Numbered from the stretch's first letter, positions 1-10,043 are shown. The stretch is DNA of 64,000 bases from an uncultured Actinomycetes bacterium (GCA_963755025.1 CAVWIH010000012.1:1-64000); one strand, 5' to 3'. Notes: generated from the sequence alone by a model not told the origin. Numbers and translations are program-made.

Positions 1-1
1 C

Positions 2-139
2 GCCGACACCGGCGGCCTGCCGCTGACCGACGCCCAGAAGGCCGAGCTCGAGCTGCGGCTCGCCGACTTTGAGCGCGACCCCGGCGCGGGCGAGGCATGG
101 GAAGTCGTGCGCGAGCGCGTTCAGCGGCGGCTTGCCTAG
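2..139 (+). CDS. Putative addiction-module antitoxin (TIGR02574-like), 5'-truncated by window edge
   Basis: Frame 2 reads ADTGGLPLTDAQKAELELRLADFERDPGAGEAWEVVRERVQRRLA*. The LT.AQKAEL..RL....DP....WE.VR pattern is typical of this family, and a ParE-like gene follows. Confidence 0.8.
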   Translation, partial: ADTGGLPLTDAQKAELELRLADFERDPGAGEAWEVVRERVQRRLA

Positions 140-144
140 GCCGA

Positions 145-442
145 ATGACCCGACGGCCTCTTCGTCCACTGGGCCGCCGAGGCAGACATCGTTCAAGCCG
201 CACGCTGGTAAGAGCAGCGCGCGCCCGGCCTCGGCTTCGAGTTCCTGCGCGCCGTCGATGTCGTCTTGGCCGAGATTGCACGCACGCCCGAGCGCCCCGT
301 CGTCCACCGGACCTGCCGCCCGCGCTGCTGCGCCGGTTCCCCTATGCGCATCTACTTCGTCCCGACAGCCGAGCTGATCGGCGTCGTAGTGTGCATGCAC
401 GCGCGTCGCGACCCGCACCGCTGGCAGGAACGGGCCGAGTGA
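145..442 (+). pseudogene. RelE/ParE-family toxin, disrupted (in-frame TAA plus frameshifts)
   Basis: Pieced together across frames: AEADIVQAARW*EQRAPGLGFEFLRAVD...ALLRRFPY..IYF....IGVVVCMHARRDPHRWQER. TAA at 209-211 sits where Tyr is expected. Could be real decay or assembly error. Confidence 0.75.
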
Positions 443-671
443 CCGCCGACCGCATCGGCCCCAAGAGGGAGCACGGTTGCATCGTCAATCGCGCAACGGT
501 TGGCAGGAGTCGGCGGAGGCGGGGCCGGGGGACGAGGGCGAACTCTGAGCGTGAGTTCAATCTGCGGCGCAGCCGCAGATGCCGTACTCTGCTTCGCGAT
601 GCGAGAGCCCGAGCCCCCGGCCTCGCCGCAGCCGACGACCGTCGCAGCCGACGGAAGGTCCGGACGGCGGG

Positions 672-1556
672 CTAGTGGCTGATGAGCACCGCCGCGATGG
701 CGACCACCCCATAGACCAGCCCGACCACGCCGTTGGCGGTCATGAAGCCCATGCCGACACGCTTGAGGCCGCGCCGCGCGATGTCGACGTGCGGCCAGGC
801 GAGCAGCGCGGCGACCACGAGGCAGCCGGCGAGGTAGCTCCAGCCCAGGCCCAGTAGGGGCCCGACCGCGACGAGCAGCGCCATGGCGGCCAGGTGCGAC
901 AGCGCGGCCACCCCCAGGGCGCGGCGCTTGCCGAGCTTCACCGGGATCGAGTGGATGCCCTCGGCACGGTCGAAGTCGAGGTCGAAGATGGCATAGATCA
1001 CGTCGAAGCCGCCGACCCAGAGGCCCACGGCCAGGAACAGCAGCACGGGCGAGAGCGCGATGCGGCCCGACACCGCGACCCAGGCGGCGGCCGGCGCCAG
1101 GCCGTCGGTCAGCCCCAGCGCCCAGTGGCAGAACCAGGTGAAGCGCTTGGTGTAGGGGTAGACGATGAAGGCCGCGACGACGATCGGCCACAGGTAGCGG
1201 CAGGGCGGCGACAGAAAGAAGGTGGCCAGCACGAGCACGCCGAGCGAGGCTGCGGTGAAGGCCAGCACTTCGACGCGCGAGAGGCTGCCGGTGGGCAGCT
1301 CGCGCTGCGCGGTGCGCGGGTTGCGGGCGTCGATGCGGGCGTCGATCAGGCGGTTCAGGGCCATGGCGGCGCTGCGCGCCGCCACCATGGCGATCGTGAT
1401 CCACACCAGGGTCTGCCACGAGGGTATGCGCTGCTCGGCGAGCACCGCGCCGGCGTAGGCGAAGGGCAGCGCGAAGACGCTGTGCTCGACCTTGATGAGC
1501 CGCGCGAAGAGGGCCGGGCGCACGGCGGCGCCCAAGGGGTGCGGTGCAGACGCCAT
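672..1556 (-). CDS. ubiA: UbiA-family prenyltransferase (MqnP-like, menaquinone futalosine pathway)
   Basis: C-terminal part of the 1159-aa track ORF: KVEHSVFALPFAY, NRLIDARIDARNPRTAQRELP, YPYTKRFT, FDVIYAIFDLDFDR; multiple TM helices; directly downstream of ubiD. Confidence 0.9.
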   Translation of the reverse strand: MASAPHPLGAAVRPALFARLIKVEHSVFALPFAYAGAVLAEQRIPSWQTLVWITIAMVAARSAAMALNRLIDARIDARNPRTAQRELPTGSLSRVEVLAFTAASLGVLVLATFFLSPPCRYLWPIVVAAFIVYPYTKRFTWFCHWALGLTDGLAPAAAWVAVSGRIALSPVLLFLAVGLWVGGFDVIYAIFDLDFDRAEGIHSIPVKLGKRRALGVAALSHLAAMALLVAVGPLLGLGWSYLAGCLVVAALLAWPHVDIARRGLKRVGMGFMTANGVVGLVYGVVAIAAVLISH

Positions 1557-1573
1557 ACGCGTTATCTCACCCT

Positions 1574-3049
1574 CTACCTGAAGCTCAGACCGAGCTCGGA
1601 CCAGCGCGCGTCGACCCGCGCCTTGACGGCAGGGTCCATGGCGAGCTCGTCGGGCCAGGGGCGCGGGTGGCCCTCGTCGGGCCAGGCTCTGGTCGCGTCG
1701 ATGCCCATCTTGGCGCCGTAGCCGGCCGTGGGGCTCGAGTGGTCGAGGGCGTCGAGCGGACCGTCGACGATCATCGTGTCGCGCCGCGGGTCGACGTTGT
1801 TGAACACCCGCCAGGCGACCTCGCGGGGGTCGTGTACGTCGACGTGCTCGTCGACCACCACCACGAACTTGGTGAACATCATCTGCCCCATGCCCCACAC
1901 CGCGCTCATCACCTTGCGGGCGTGGCCCGCGTAGGCCTTGCGGATAGAGACGATGGCGCAGTCGTGAAAGACGCCCTCGATGGGCAGTTCGAGGTCGACG
2001 ATCTCGGGCAGCGTGAGGCGCAGCAGCGGCAGGAAGAGACGCTCGGTAGCCTTGCCCAGGAAGCAGTCCTCCATGGGCGGGCGGCCGACGATCGTCGCCG
2101 GGTAGACGGCGTCGCGGCGCATGCTCATGGCGGTCAGGTGAAAGACGGGGTAGTCGTCGGCCAGCGAGTAGTAGCCGGTGTGGTCGCCGAAAGGCCCTTC
2201 GCGCCGGGTCTCGGCCTTGTCGACGTAGCCCTCGAGCACGATCTCGGAGTCGGCCGGCACCTCGAGGTCGACCGTGGCGCAGGCCGCCAGCTCGACGGGC
2301 TTGCCGCGCAGGAAGCCGGCGAACATGAACTCGTCGATGCCCGCCGGCAGCGGCGCCGTGGCGGCGTAGGTGACCGCCGGGTCGGTGCCCAGCGCGACGG
2401 CCACCTCGAGGCGTCCGTCGGCCTCGCGGAAGTTGGCGGCGCCGTCGTGGTGCACGTGCCAGTGCATGCCGGTGGTGCGGTCGTCGTAGACCTGCAGACG
2501 GTACATGCCGGCGTTGCGCCGCCCCTCGCGGTCTTTGGTCACGCAGACCGGCAGAGTGACGAAGGGTCCGCCGTCGCCGGGCCAGGTGGTGAGTACGGGC
2601 AGCAGGCCCAGGTCGGGCGGGTCGATCACGACCTCGCGAAACGCCGCCTTCGAGACGACCTTCGGCGCGAACGAGGCGAGCTCGCGCAGCTGACCGAGCG
2701 CCTTGACCTTGCCGACCAGGCCCTTGGGGACCTGCAGGTCGACGAGCTCGCTGATGCGCCCGGCGAGCTCGTCGAGCGGCGCGCCCAGCGCGAGCTCGAG
2801 GCGCCGGTACGAGCCGAACTGGTTCATGAGCACGGGCAGCGGCGCGCCGGTGAGGCGGTGGGCGTTGGCCGGCCGCGGGCCGCTTGCGTCGGCGGCCACG
2901 GCGGGCCGCTCGAAGAGCAGCGCCGGGCCACCGGCCTTGCTGGCCCGGTCGGCGATCTCGGCCATCTCGAGCCAGGGGTCGACCGGCGCCTTCACCACGT
3001 CGAGCTCGCCCTCGCGGCGCAACACCTCGATGAACTCGCGCAGGCTCAC
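1574..3049 (-). CDS. ubiD: UbiD-family decarboxylase (menaquinone biosynthesis, MqnL-like)
   Basis: WPGDGGPFVTLP, RNAGMYRLQV, EGPFGDHTGYYS, GRPPMED, GAKMGIDAT motifs. Confidence 0.93.
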   Translation of the reverse strand: MSLREFIEVLRREGELDVVKAPVDPWLEMAEIADRASKAGGPALLFERPAVAADASGPRPANAHRLTGAPLPVLMNQFGSYRRLELALGAPLDELAGRISELVDLQVPKGLVGKVKALGQLRELASFAPKVVSKAAFREVVIDPPDLGLLPVLTTWPGDGGPFVTLPVCVTKDREGRRNAGMYRLQVYDDRTTGMHWHVHHDGAANFREADGRLEVAVALGTDPAVTYAATAPLPAGIDEFMFAGFLRGKPVELAACATVDLEVPADSEIVLEGYVDKAETRREGPFGDHTGYYSLADDYPVFHLTAMSMRRDAVYPATIVGRPPMEDCFLGKATERLFLPLLRLTLPEIVDLELPIEGVFHDCAIVSIRKAYAGHARKVMSAVWGMGQMMFTKFVVVVDEHVDVHDPREVAWRVFNNVDPRRDTMIVDGPLDALDHSSPTAGYGAKMGIDATRAWPDEGHPRPWPDELAMDPAVKARVDARWSELGLSFR

Positions 3050-3749
3050 CGCGCCGCCTCGGTCTCGACGGGCGCCGGCGGGCGGGCGCCGGCTGGGCGG
3101 ACGCCGGCTGGGCGGACGCCGGCTGGGCGGACGCCGGCTGGGCGGACGCCGGCTCAGCGGCCGGCTCCTCGAACGCGACCTCGAGCCCCAGGGCGCGGCG
3201 CAGAGCCGCCGGGTGACGCAGCCAGAGCGTGCCGGCCGCGCGCCGCACGACGTCGGGCAGGCGCTCGACGCGGTCGCGCTCGAACAGGCGGCCGACCTCG
3301 TCGAAGGCGCGCAGCGCCGCCAGGGCGTGGCCGCCCGACGCAGTCGCGGCGATGCCCGCCACGCAGAGCGCCCAGAGGTCGTCGTCGTAGGCGTAGGGCC
3401 GGTGCTCGGCGCGCAGCCACGAGCAGCTCGCCATCAGCTTGGTGAGTAGCTTCACCGCGTCGAGGTCGCCGCCGCGCGCCACCAGGCGCAGGCCGCTGGC
3501 GTCGAAGTGGTCGCCGGCCAGCAGCCTGGTCGACAGGGCCGTGTCGGCCGTGAGCAGACGCGGGTCGCGATAGTGCGAGAGGTAGCCCTCGTAGACGAAC
3601 TCGAGGGCCAGCGGATAGGTGGTGTCGCTCGCCTCGGGGGCGAGCGCGCTGAACAGCGGCGCGTAGACCAGCTCGAAGTCGGGCGGCGGAGTCGGCGCGA
3701 AGCGCGCCGCGACCGCGCAGAGCGCGTCGCGGATGGTGCCGTCGTCCAT
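3046..3749 (-). CDS. Conserved hypothetical protein, possibly related to polyprenyl diphosphate synthase small subunit; 1-nt frameshift near 3080
   Basis: MDDGTIRDALC...LEFVYEGYLSHY...LLAGDHF...; C-terminal PASAQ repeats. Restoring one base gives PAPVETEAAR*, with TGA overlapping the ubiD GTG (GTGA coupling). Confidence 0.7.
3088..3154. repeat. 15-bp tandem repeat (gccggctgggcggac x4 plus partial) encoding PASAQ linker
   Basis: Four exact copies at 3088-3147, read directly. Confidence 0.95.
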
Positions 3750-3754
3750 GCCGG

Positions 3755-4411
3755 TCAGCCCTCGCGGTCGAGGTAGAACGACAGGAACATGAGCTCGCTC
3801 GAAAAGTCGACCTGCCGCACCACGACGTCGCGCGGGGCGAAGACCTTGACCGGCGCGAAGTTGAGGACGGCGCTCACCCGGCGGTCGGGTTCGAGCCCAA
3901 CGAGGCGGTCGATGATCGACTGGGCGGCGTGCGCCGGCACCGAGATGATGGCGATGTCGACGCGCTCTTCGTGACAGAAGCTCTCGAGGTCGGCGACGTC
4001 GCGGATGGTGCGCCCGTCGCCGAAGCTCACGCCGACCTTCTTCTGCGAGGCGTCGAACATGGCGATGAGCTTGAAGCCCTGTTCGGCGAAGCCGCGGTAG
4101 CGCGCCAGGGCGGTGCCCAGCGAGCCGGCCCCCACGATGATCACGTTCCACGAGCGCTCCAGGCCCAGGCAGCGCTTGATCTCGGTGACGAGGCGGTCGA
4201 CCTCGTAGCCCACGCCGCGCGTGCCGAACTCGCCGAAATACGAGAAATCCTTGCGGATCTGGGCGGCGTTCAAGTCGATCATGCCGGCGAGCTGCTTTGA
4301 CGAGACGCGCTCCACGCCCCTCGCCTGCAGCTCGCGCAGCTTGCGCAGGTAGACGGTGAGCCGCGGCACGGTCACCGCCGGCACCGCGCTCTTGTCGACG
4401 GGCGGCGTCAT
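3755..4411 (-). CDS. rex: Redox-sensing transcriptional repressor Rex
   Basis: RLTVYLRKL...VSSKQLA...AAQIRKDFSYFGEFGTRGVGY, GAGSLGTAL Rossmann motif, LNFAP. The ATG overlaps the hemL stop (ATGA). Confidence 0.95.
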   Translation of the reverse strand: MTPPVDKSAVPAVTVPRLTVYLRKLRELQARGVERVSSKQLAGMIDLNAAQIRKDFSYFGEFGTRGVGYEVDRLVTEIKRCLGLERSWNVIIVGAGSLGTALARYRGFAEQGFKLIAMFDASQKKVGVSFGDGRTIRDVADLESFCHEERVDIAIISVPAHAAQSIIDRLVGLEPDRRVSAVLNFAPVKVFAPRDVVVRQVDFSSELMFLSFYLDREG

Positions 4412-5736
4412 GCGCCCGCCGCGCGGTCGCCGTGCAGTGCGGCGAAGAACGAGGCGGCCGCCTCGCCGGCCTGGGCCACGTCGTCGTCGGTCAGGGCCAG
4501 CGAGACCATGGCCGACTCGAACTGCGACGGCGCCACGTACACGCCGCGCTCGAGCAGGTGGCGGAAGTAGCGCGCGTACAGGCCGGTATCGGCGCGGCGC
4601 GCGTCGGCGAAGCTGGCGACGGGGCCTTCGCAGAAGAAGAGCGTCATCATGGCGCCGACGCGATTGAGCGTGGTCGGCACGCCGCCCTCGAGGGCGGCCT
4701 GCACGAGGCCCTGGCAGAGCTGCTGCGCGCGCTCCTCGAGGCGTTCGTACGTGCCGGGCTGCGAGAGCACGCGCAAGGTGGCGATGCCGCCGGCCATGGC
4801 CAGCGGATTGCCCGACAGCGTGCCTGCCTGGTAGGTAGAGCCCAGCGGCGCGACCGTCTCCATGACGTCGCGGCGCCCGCCGAAGGCCCCCACAGGCAGG
4901 CCGCCGCCAATGATCTTGCCCAGGGTCGTGAGGTCGGGCGTCACGCCGTACCGCTGCTGGGCGCCGCCCCAGGCGACGCGAAACCCGGTGATCACTTCGT
5001 CGAAGAGCAGCAGCGCGCCCGACTCGGTGCACAGCCGGCGGGCGGTCTCCAGGAACCCCGGCTCGGGGGGCACGACGCCCATGTTGCCGGCGACCGGCTC
5101 GACGATCACGCAGGCGATCTCGTCGCCGCGGGCGGCAAAGACTGCGGAGAGGGCGGCCGCGTCGTTGTACTCGACCAGGAGGGTGTCGGCGGTGGTCGCC
5201 GCCGTGACGCCGGGGCTGTCGGGCAGCGCCAAGGTGAGCACGCCGCTGCCGGCGGCCGCCAGGAACGGGTCGGCGTGACCGTGGTAGCAGCCGATGAACT
5301 TGACGACCTTGTCGCGCCCGGTGAAGCCGCGCGCCACGCGCAGCGCGCTCATCGTGGCCTCGGTGCCCGAGTTGACCATGCGCACGAGCTCGACCGAGGG
5401 GACGGCCTCGCAGATGAGACGGGCGAGCTCGACCTCGAGCCCGGTGGGCGCCCCGAAGCTGGTGCCCAGGTCGAGCTGGGCGTGCAGGGCGGCGAGCACG
5501 TCGGGGTGTCCCCAGCCGAGGATCATCGGCCCCCACGACGAGACGAGGTCGACGAACTCGTTGCCGTCGGCGTCCCAGAGATGGGCGCCGCGGCCGCGGC
5601 TCACGAACAGGGGGTGCGGCATGCCGACGCCCTTCATGGCGCGCACCGGCGAGTTGACCCCACCGGGAATGTAGCGTTGCGCCTCGTCGAACAGGCGCTG
5701 TCGACGTGTCTGTGTCCACTCCCCTCCCCCGGTCAT
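4408..5736 (-). CDS. hemL: Glutamate-1-semialdehyde 2,1-aminomutase
   Basis: PGGVNSPVRA, NSGTEATMSALR, GCYHGHAD, FDEVITGFR, TLGKIIGGGLPVGA, YQAGTLSGNP. Confidence 0.97.
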   Translation of the reverse strand: MTGGGEWTQTRRQRLFDEAQRYIPGGVNSPVRAMKGVGMPHPLFVSRGRGAHLWDADGNEFVDLVSSWGPMILGWGHPDVLAALHAQLDLGTSFGAPTGLEVELARLICEAVPSVELVRMVNSGTEATMSALRVARGFTGRDKVVKFIGCYHGHADPFLAAAGSGVLTLALPDSPGVTAATTADTLLVEYNDAAALSAVFAARGDEIACVIVEPVAGNMGVVPPEPGFLETARRLCTESGALLLFDEVITGFRVAWGGAQQRYGVTPDLTTLGKIIGGGLPVGAFGGRRDVMETVAPLGSTYQAGTLSGNPLAMAGGIATLRVLSQPGTYERLEERAQQLCQGLVQAALEGGVPTTLNRVGAMMTLFFCEGPVASFADARRADTGLYARYFRHLLERGVYVAPSQFESAMVSLALTDDDVAQAGEAAASFFAALHGDRAAGA

Positions 5737-5899
5737 GCCCGGTGCTCGCGCTCCCCGTGCTCGTCTTCCATATCCCGCGAATTCGGCTTATCTCGTGACT
5801 GCAGGTACATGATGCTGTCTCGTGCCGACAGGACCCGTTGTCTGACGCGGCGGCGCCCGGAAAGGCGAGAGTGAAGCCGAGAGACCGAAACTGCCGGGT

Positions 5900-6332
5900 G
5901 TGACCATCCGCGACGCGCGCGCCGGCGACGAAGCGGCGCTCGTGGCCGACCTCATCCACGAGCTCGCCCGTATCGAGGACGTCGAGAGCGATGTCACGAC
6001 CCAGCAGGTGCGCGCCTACCAGCGACGCGCCGACAGCGGCATCCTGGTCGCCGAGCTCGCCGGCCTGGTGGTGGGCACGCTCACCTGGTTCGTGCGCCCC
6101 GGCCTGTTCCACGGCGGCAGCTGGGGCTGCATCGACGAGCTCATCGTCACGGCGCCGGCCCGCGGCAAGGGCGTCGGCGACGCGCTCGTCGGCGAGGTCC
6201 TGCGGCGCTTCGCGGCGGCCGGCTGCCGCGAAGCCGCCGTCTCGACCGAGCTCGACAACGAGCCGCGCGGCGGCGCTCTACCGCAAGCACGGCCTGGTCG
6301 ACGAGTCGCTGCAGCTCGAGAGGCACTTCTAA
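5900..6332 (+). CDS. GNAT-family N-acetyltransferase (frameshift near 6268)
   Basis: IDELIVTAPARGKGVGDAL (motif A). Continues in another frame as AAALYRKHGL...LERHF*. Confidence 0.85.
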
Positions 6333-6465
6333 GGGCAAGCGCCGGGCGGCCGCAGGCCGGGGCGTCCGTCGATCCGCGGGCCGGCCGCGTGGCGAGCATC
6401 GGTCTGACGGTGGGCGTTCGGCGGATCGCGCCCGCGCTGACGCTACGCGGGCCGCGGCGAACGGC

Positions 6466-7647
6466 TCAGGCGCCGGGCGACCAGCCGCGCGGCACGTAGG
6501 CGCAGTAGGGCTCTTCGGCCAGGTAGTCGCCGGTGCGCTCGAAGGCGCGCGCGCGGCAGCCGCCGCAGACCCGCTTGTACTCGCAGGCGCCGCATTTGCC
6601 CTTGAGCGCGTCGAGGTCGCGCAGGTCGGCGAAGAGCGGCGACCGTGCGCCAGATCTCGCCGAAGCTCTGCTCGCGCACGTTGCCGGCCGCCTTGTCGAA
6701 ATAGCCGCAGGGCTGCACCACGCCGGTGTGCGAGACGAAGCAGAAGCCCACGCCGGCCAGGCAGCCGCGGCTCAGCGTGTCGAGGCCGCCGTGGGCGTGG
6801 GGATGCACCGTCAGCGCGCTGCCGTCGGCCTTGGCGCGCTGGCGCATGACCCGCCAGTAGTGCGGCACGTCGGTCGGCTTGAAGAACAGCGGCGAGGTGC
6901 GCTGCGCGTCGTAGATCCAGTTGAGCGCGCGCTCGTAGTCGTCGGGGTCGAGCTCGTCTGCGGCCAGGTCCTTGCCACGGCCGGTGGGCACCAGCATGAA
7001 CGGGTGAAAGCTCACCGCGCCGAGCTCCTCGGCCAGGGCGAGCAGGCGCGGCAGGTAGGCCACGTTCAAGCGCGTGATGGTCGAGTTCACTTGGATCTCG
7101 ATGCCGGCGTCCTGCGCGGCGCGCATGCCCTGCAGAGCGGCGTCGAAGGCCCCGGCGCAGCCCCGGAAGCGGTCGTGCTCGGCGGCGTCGGGAAAGTCGA
7201 TCGAGATGCTGATGCGCCCTATGCCGGCGGTCTTCATGCGGGCCGCCGCGACAGGCGTGACCAGGGTGCCGTTAGGCGCCATCACCGCTCGCAGGCCGGC
7301 CTCGCGAGCGGCTTCGGCGATCTCGAAGATGTCGGGACGCAGCAGCGGCTCGCCGCCGGTGAGGATGAGGATCGGCTTGCCGGCGGCGGCGATCTGCGCG
7401 ACGAGCTCGAGGCACTCGGCGGTGGAGAGCTCGCCCTCGTAAGGGCCGTTGGCGGCCGAGGCGCGGCAGTGAGCGCAGGCGAGGTTGCAGCTGCGGGTGA
7501 CCTCCCAGGCCACGACCCGCGGCGCGCCCGCGTCGAGCGCCCCCCGCGCCGCCGCCCCTCGCGGGCCGCGGCGTCGGCCGCCGGGTGGCCGGCGTCGCCG
7601 GCCGCGGCCGCGGGTGGTGGAGAGCTGTAGCGCCCGGGAGAGCTCAT
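6466..7647 (-). CDS. ahbD: Radical SAM/SPASM enzyme, AhbD-like heme b synthase (Fe-coproporphyrin decarboxylase); frameshifts near 7560 and 6645
   Basis: [17 protein letters not shown] (CxxxCxxC), [49 protein letters not shown]; second frame [20 protein letters not shown]...[11 protein letters not shown]. Immediately downstream of hemB. Confidence 0.82.
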
Positions 7648-7658
7648 GGTGTCGGGGC

Positions 7659-8639
7659 CTAGAACTCCTCCTGCATCCAGCGCACGGCGTCTTTGGCGTG
7701 GTAGGTGATGATGAGGTCGGCGCCGGCCCGCTTGATGGACAGCAGCGCCTCGAGCACGCAGGCGCGCTCGTCGAGCCAGCCGTTGGCGGCCGCCGCCTTG
7801 ATCATGGCGTACTCGCCGCTCACGTTGTAGGCGGCGAGCGGGAACTTGGTCTCCTGCTTGACCATCTTGACGACGTCGAGGTAGGCCAGCGCCGGCTTGA
7901 CCATGACGATGTCGGCGCCCTCCTCGATGTCGAGGAGCGCCTCGCGCACGGCCTCTTCGCCGTTGGCGAGGTCCATCTGGTAGGTCTTGCGGTCGCCGAA
8001 CATGGGCGGCGACTCGGCGGCGTCGCGGAAGGGGCCGTAGAAAGCCGAGGCGAACTTCGCCGAGTACGACATGATGACCGCGTCGGTGAAGCCTTCGTCG
8101 TCGAGCGCCGCGCGGATGGCCGCCACGCGGCCGTCCATCATGTCGGACGGCGCCACGATGTCGGCGCCGGCCTCGGCGTGGCTCACGGCCATCTTGGCGA
8201 GCAGCTCGAGGGTGAGGTCGTTGACGATCTCGCCGTCCTGCACCACGCCGCAGTGGCCGTGGTCCATGTACTCGCAGAGGCAGACGTCGGTGATCACGAC
8301 GAGGTCGGGCACTTCGTCTTTGATGGCGCGGATGGCGAGCTGCACGACGCCCTCGGGGTCGTAAGCGCTGCTCGCCGCCGAGTCTTTGTGCGACGGGATG
8401 CCGAAGAGCAGGACGGCGGGAATGCCGAGCCGCTGGATCTCGCGCACCTCGGGCAGCAGGTTGCCGATCGACAGCTGCTCGCAGCCGGGCATGGAGGGGA
8501 TCGGCCGCTTGACGTTCTCGCCGTGCGACACGAAGAGCGGGTAGATGAGGTCGTCGGGCGAGAGCGCCGTCTCGCGCATCATGCGGCGCAGGGTGGGCGT
8601 CCGCCGCATGCGCCGCATGCGGTAGGTGGGAAAGTACAT
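7659..8639 (-). CDS. hemB: Porphobilinogen synthase (delta-aminolevulinate dehydratase), Zn type
   Basis: [67 protein letters not shown]. Confidence 0.97.
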   Translation of the reverse strand: MYFPTYRMRRMRRTPTLRRMMRETALSPDDLIYPLFVSHGENVKRPIPSMPGCEQLSIGNLLPEVREIQRLGIPAVLLFGIPSHKDSAASSAYDPEGVVQLAIRAIKDEVPDLVVITDVCLCEYMDHGHCGVVQDGEIVNDLTLELLAKMAVSHAEAGADIVAPSDMMDGRVAAIRAALDDEGFTDAVIMSYSAKFASAFYGPFRDAAESPPMFGDRKTYQMDLANGEEAVREALLDIEEGADIVMVKPALAYLDVVKMVKQETKFPLAAYNVSGEYAMIKAAAANGWLDERACVLEALLSIKRAGADLIITYHAKDAVRWMQEEF

Positions 8640-8764
8640 GTGATCTGGTCCTTCCATAGGGCGACGCCTGGGTCGTGGCTCTCGGGCAATGTATCCCTCG
8701 CCGCGGCGCTCTGACAAGGTTACCCGATGGAAGGTCCGCCCCGGCGTGGGGGCGCGGCGTCGCG

Positions 8765-10043
8765 TCAGGCGGGGACGATGAGCTCGATGGCCTTCTTGAC
8801 GACCGCTTCGACCGAGTCGCGGTCGCGCAGGCTGCAGGGCATGACCGGGATGTCGTCGGTCAGACCGAGGGTCTTGGCCACGGCGGCCGGGTTGAGCGAG
8901 TCTTCGTCCATGGAGACGTAGGTGGCCACGACGATGGGCATGGTCGCCCAGCTTGCGCACGAAACCCAGGTCGCGCACCGACGCCTTGAGGCTGTCGATC
9001 GAGTTGGCGTTGGCCAGCACGATGAACGCCGAGCTCTGCTCGGCGAAGCGCCGCCAGATCTCTTCGGGCGAGCTCACCGTGGCGGTGAGCACGAGGGCTC
9101 GTGCCGTCTTTGCCGCGCGGCATGTCGTAGTCGTCGGCGGTCGACGCCGTCGGGCGTGTAGGTCGCGGCGACCATCGGGATCTCGATCTCGCGATCGTCG
9201 ATCGAGCTCGACGCGAAGGTGCTCGGTGACGTTGCTCTCGACGAGCGTGCTGATGAAGACCTGGTTGTAGAGGTCGATCGGGCCGCGCACCACGATGGTG
9301 CGGCCCTCGCCGATCTCTTCGATGGCGGAGTCGCTCACGGTCAGCAGGCCGGTGCGGTGCAGGTCGTAGATGATCTTGGCGCCGTTGAAACGGTCGAGCC
9401 CGCACTCCTTGAGCACGGTGTTGATGTCGTGGCGCCCGTCGACCCAGCACACCACGCGCCACTGATCGGGCGCCAGCTTGACGCCCCCGTCCTCTTCGAC
9501 GATGTCGTTGTAGCGCAGGCGCGGCACGCGCTCGAGCGAACCCAGGGTGGCGAAGATGAGCTCCCACTCGTCGATGCGACGGCAGCCCTCCATGATGACC
9601 GACTCGACCTTCATCTCGACGTGGATGTCTTCGTCGGTCACGGTCTCGTCGGCTTCGAAGGTGAAGTCGCCGTCGGCCCAGCTGAAGAAGTTGAAGGTGA
9701 CGTCTTCGATCTGGTCGCGCACCGACTGTTCGAGCGTGGCGCGGTCGATGTAGCCGTGCGCCAGCAGGATGGAGCCGATACGGCCCTTGACCGACTTCTT
9801 CTTCTGCTCGGCGAGCGCGGCGCGCAGCTGCTTGCTCGTGACGTGGCCCGACTTCACCAGGCGTTCGCCGAGCGGCATGGTGCCCGGGTGGGCGGTGGCG
9901 AAGTAGATCTGGCCGTTGCGAAAGAAGATCTTGCCCGACTCGCCTTCGCGGGTGATCGACAGGGCGCCGGTCTTGGCGCTCATCTTGACCAGCTGAAAGA
10001 CGTTGGGAAGGTTGAACTCTTTAAGATTGCCCTGCAGGAGCAC
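8765..10043 (-). CDS. DUF4388 (PATAN-like) protein with MshEN-like segment and C-terminal degenerate small-GTPase (MglA/CvnD-like) domain; several frameshifts
   Basis: GAGGAG RBS before GTG at 10043; [24 protein letters not shown]...G.IFFRNGQI; LGERLVKSG...[10 protein letters not shown]; [11 protein letters not shown]. Tail reconstructed across frames ends MPIVVATY...[35 protein letters not shown]. Confidence 0.8.

Noticed and set aside
672-4151. 1159-aa ORF appearing to fuse an unknown protein to UbiA
   Set aside because: Chimera: a 1-nt loss near 3080 runs the unknown gene through an off-frame of ubiD into ubiA.
5793-5810. Possible Rex operator upstream of hemL (tcgtgactgcaggtacat)
   Set aside because: Only about 8 of 14 positions match TTGTGAA-N4-TTCACAA; too weak to call.
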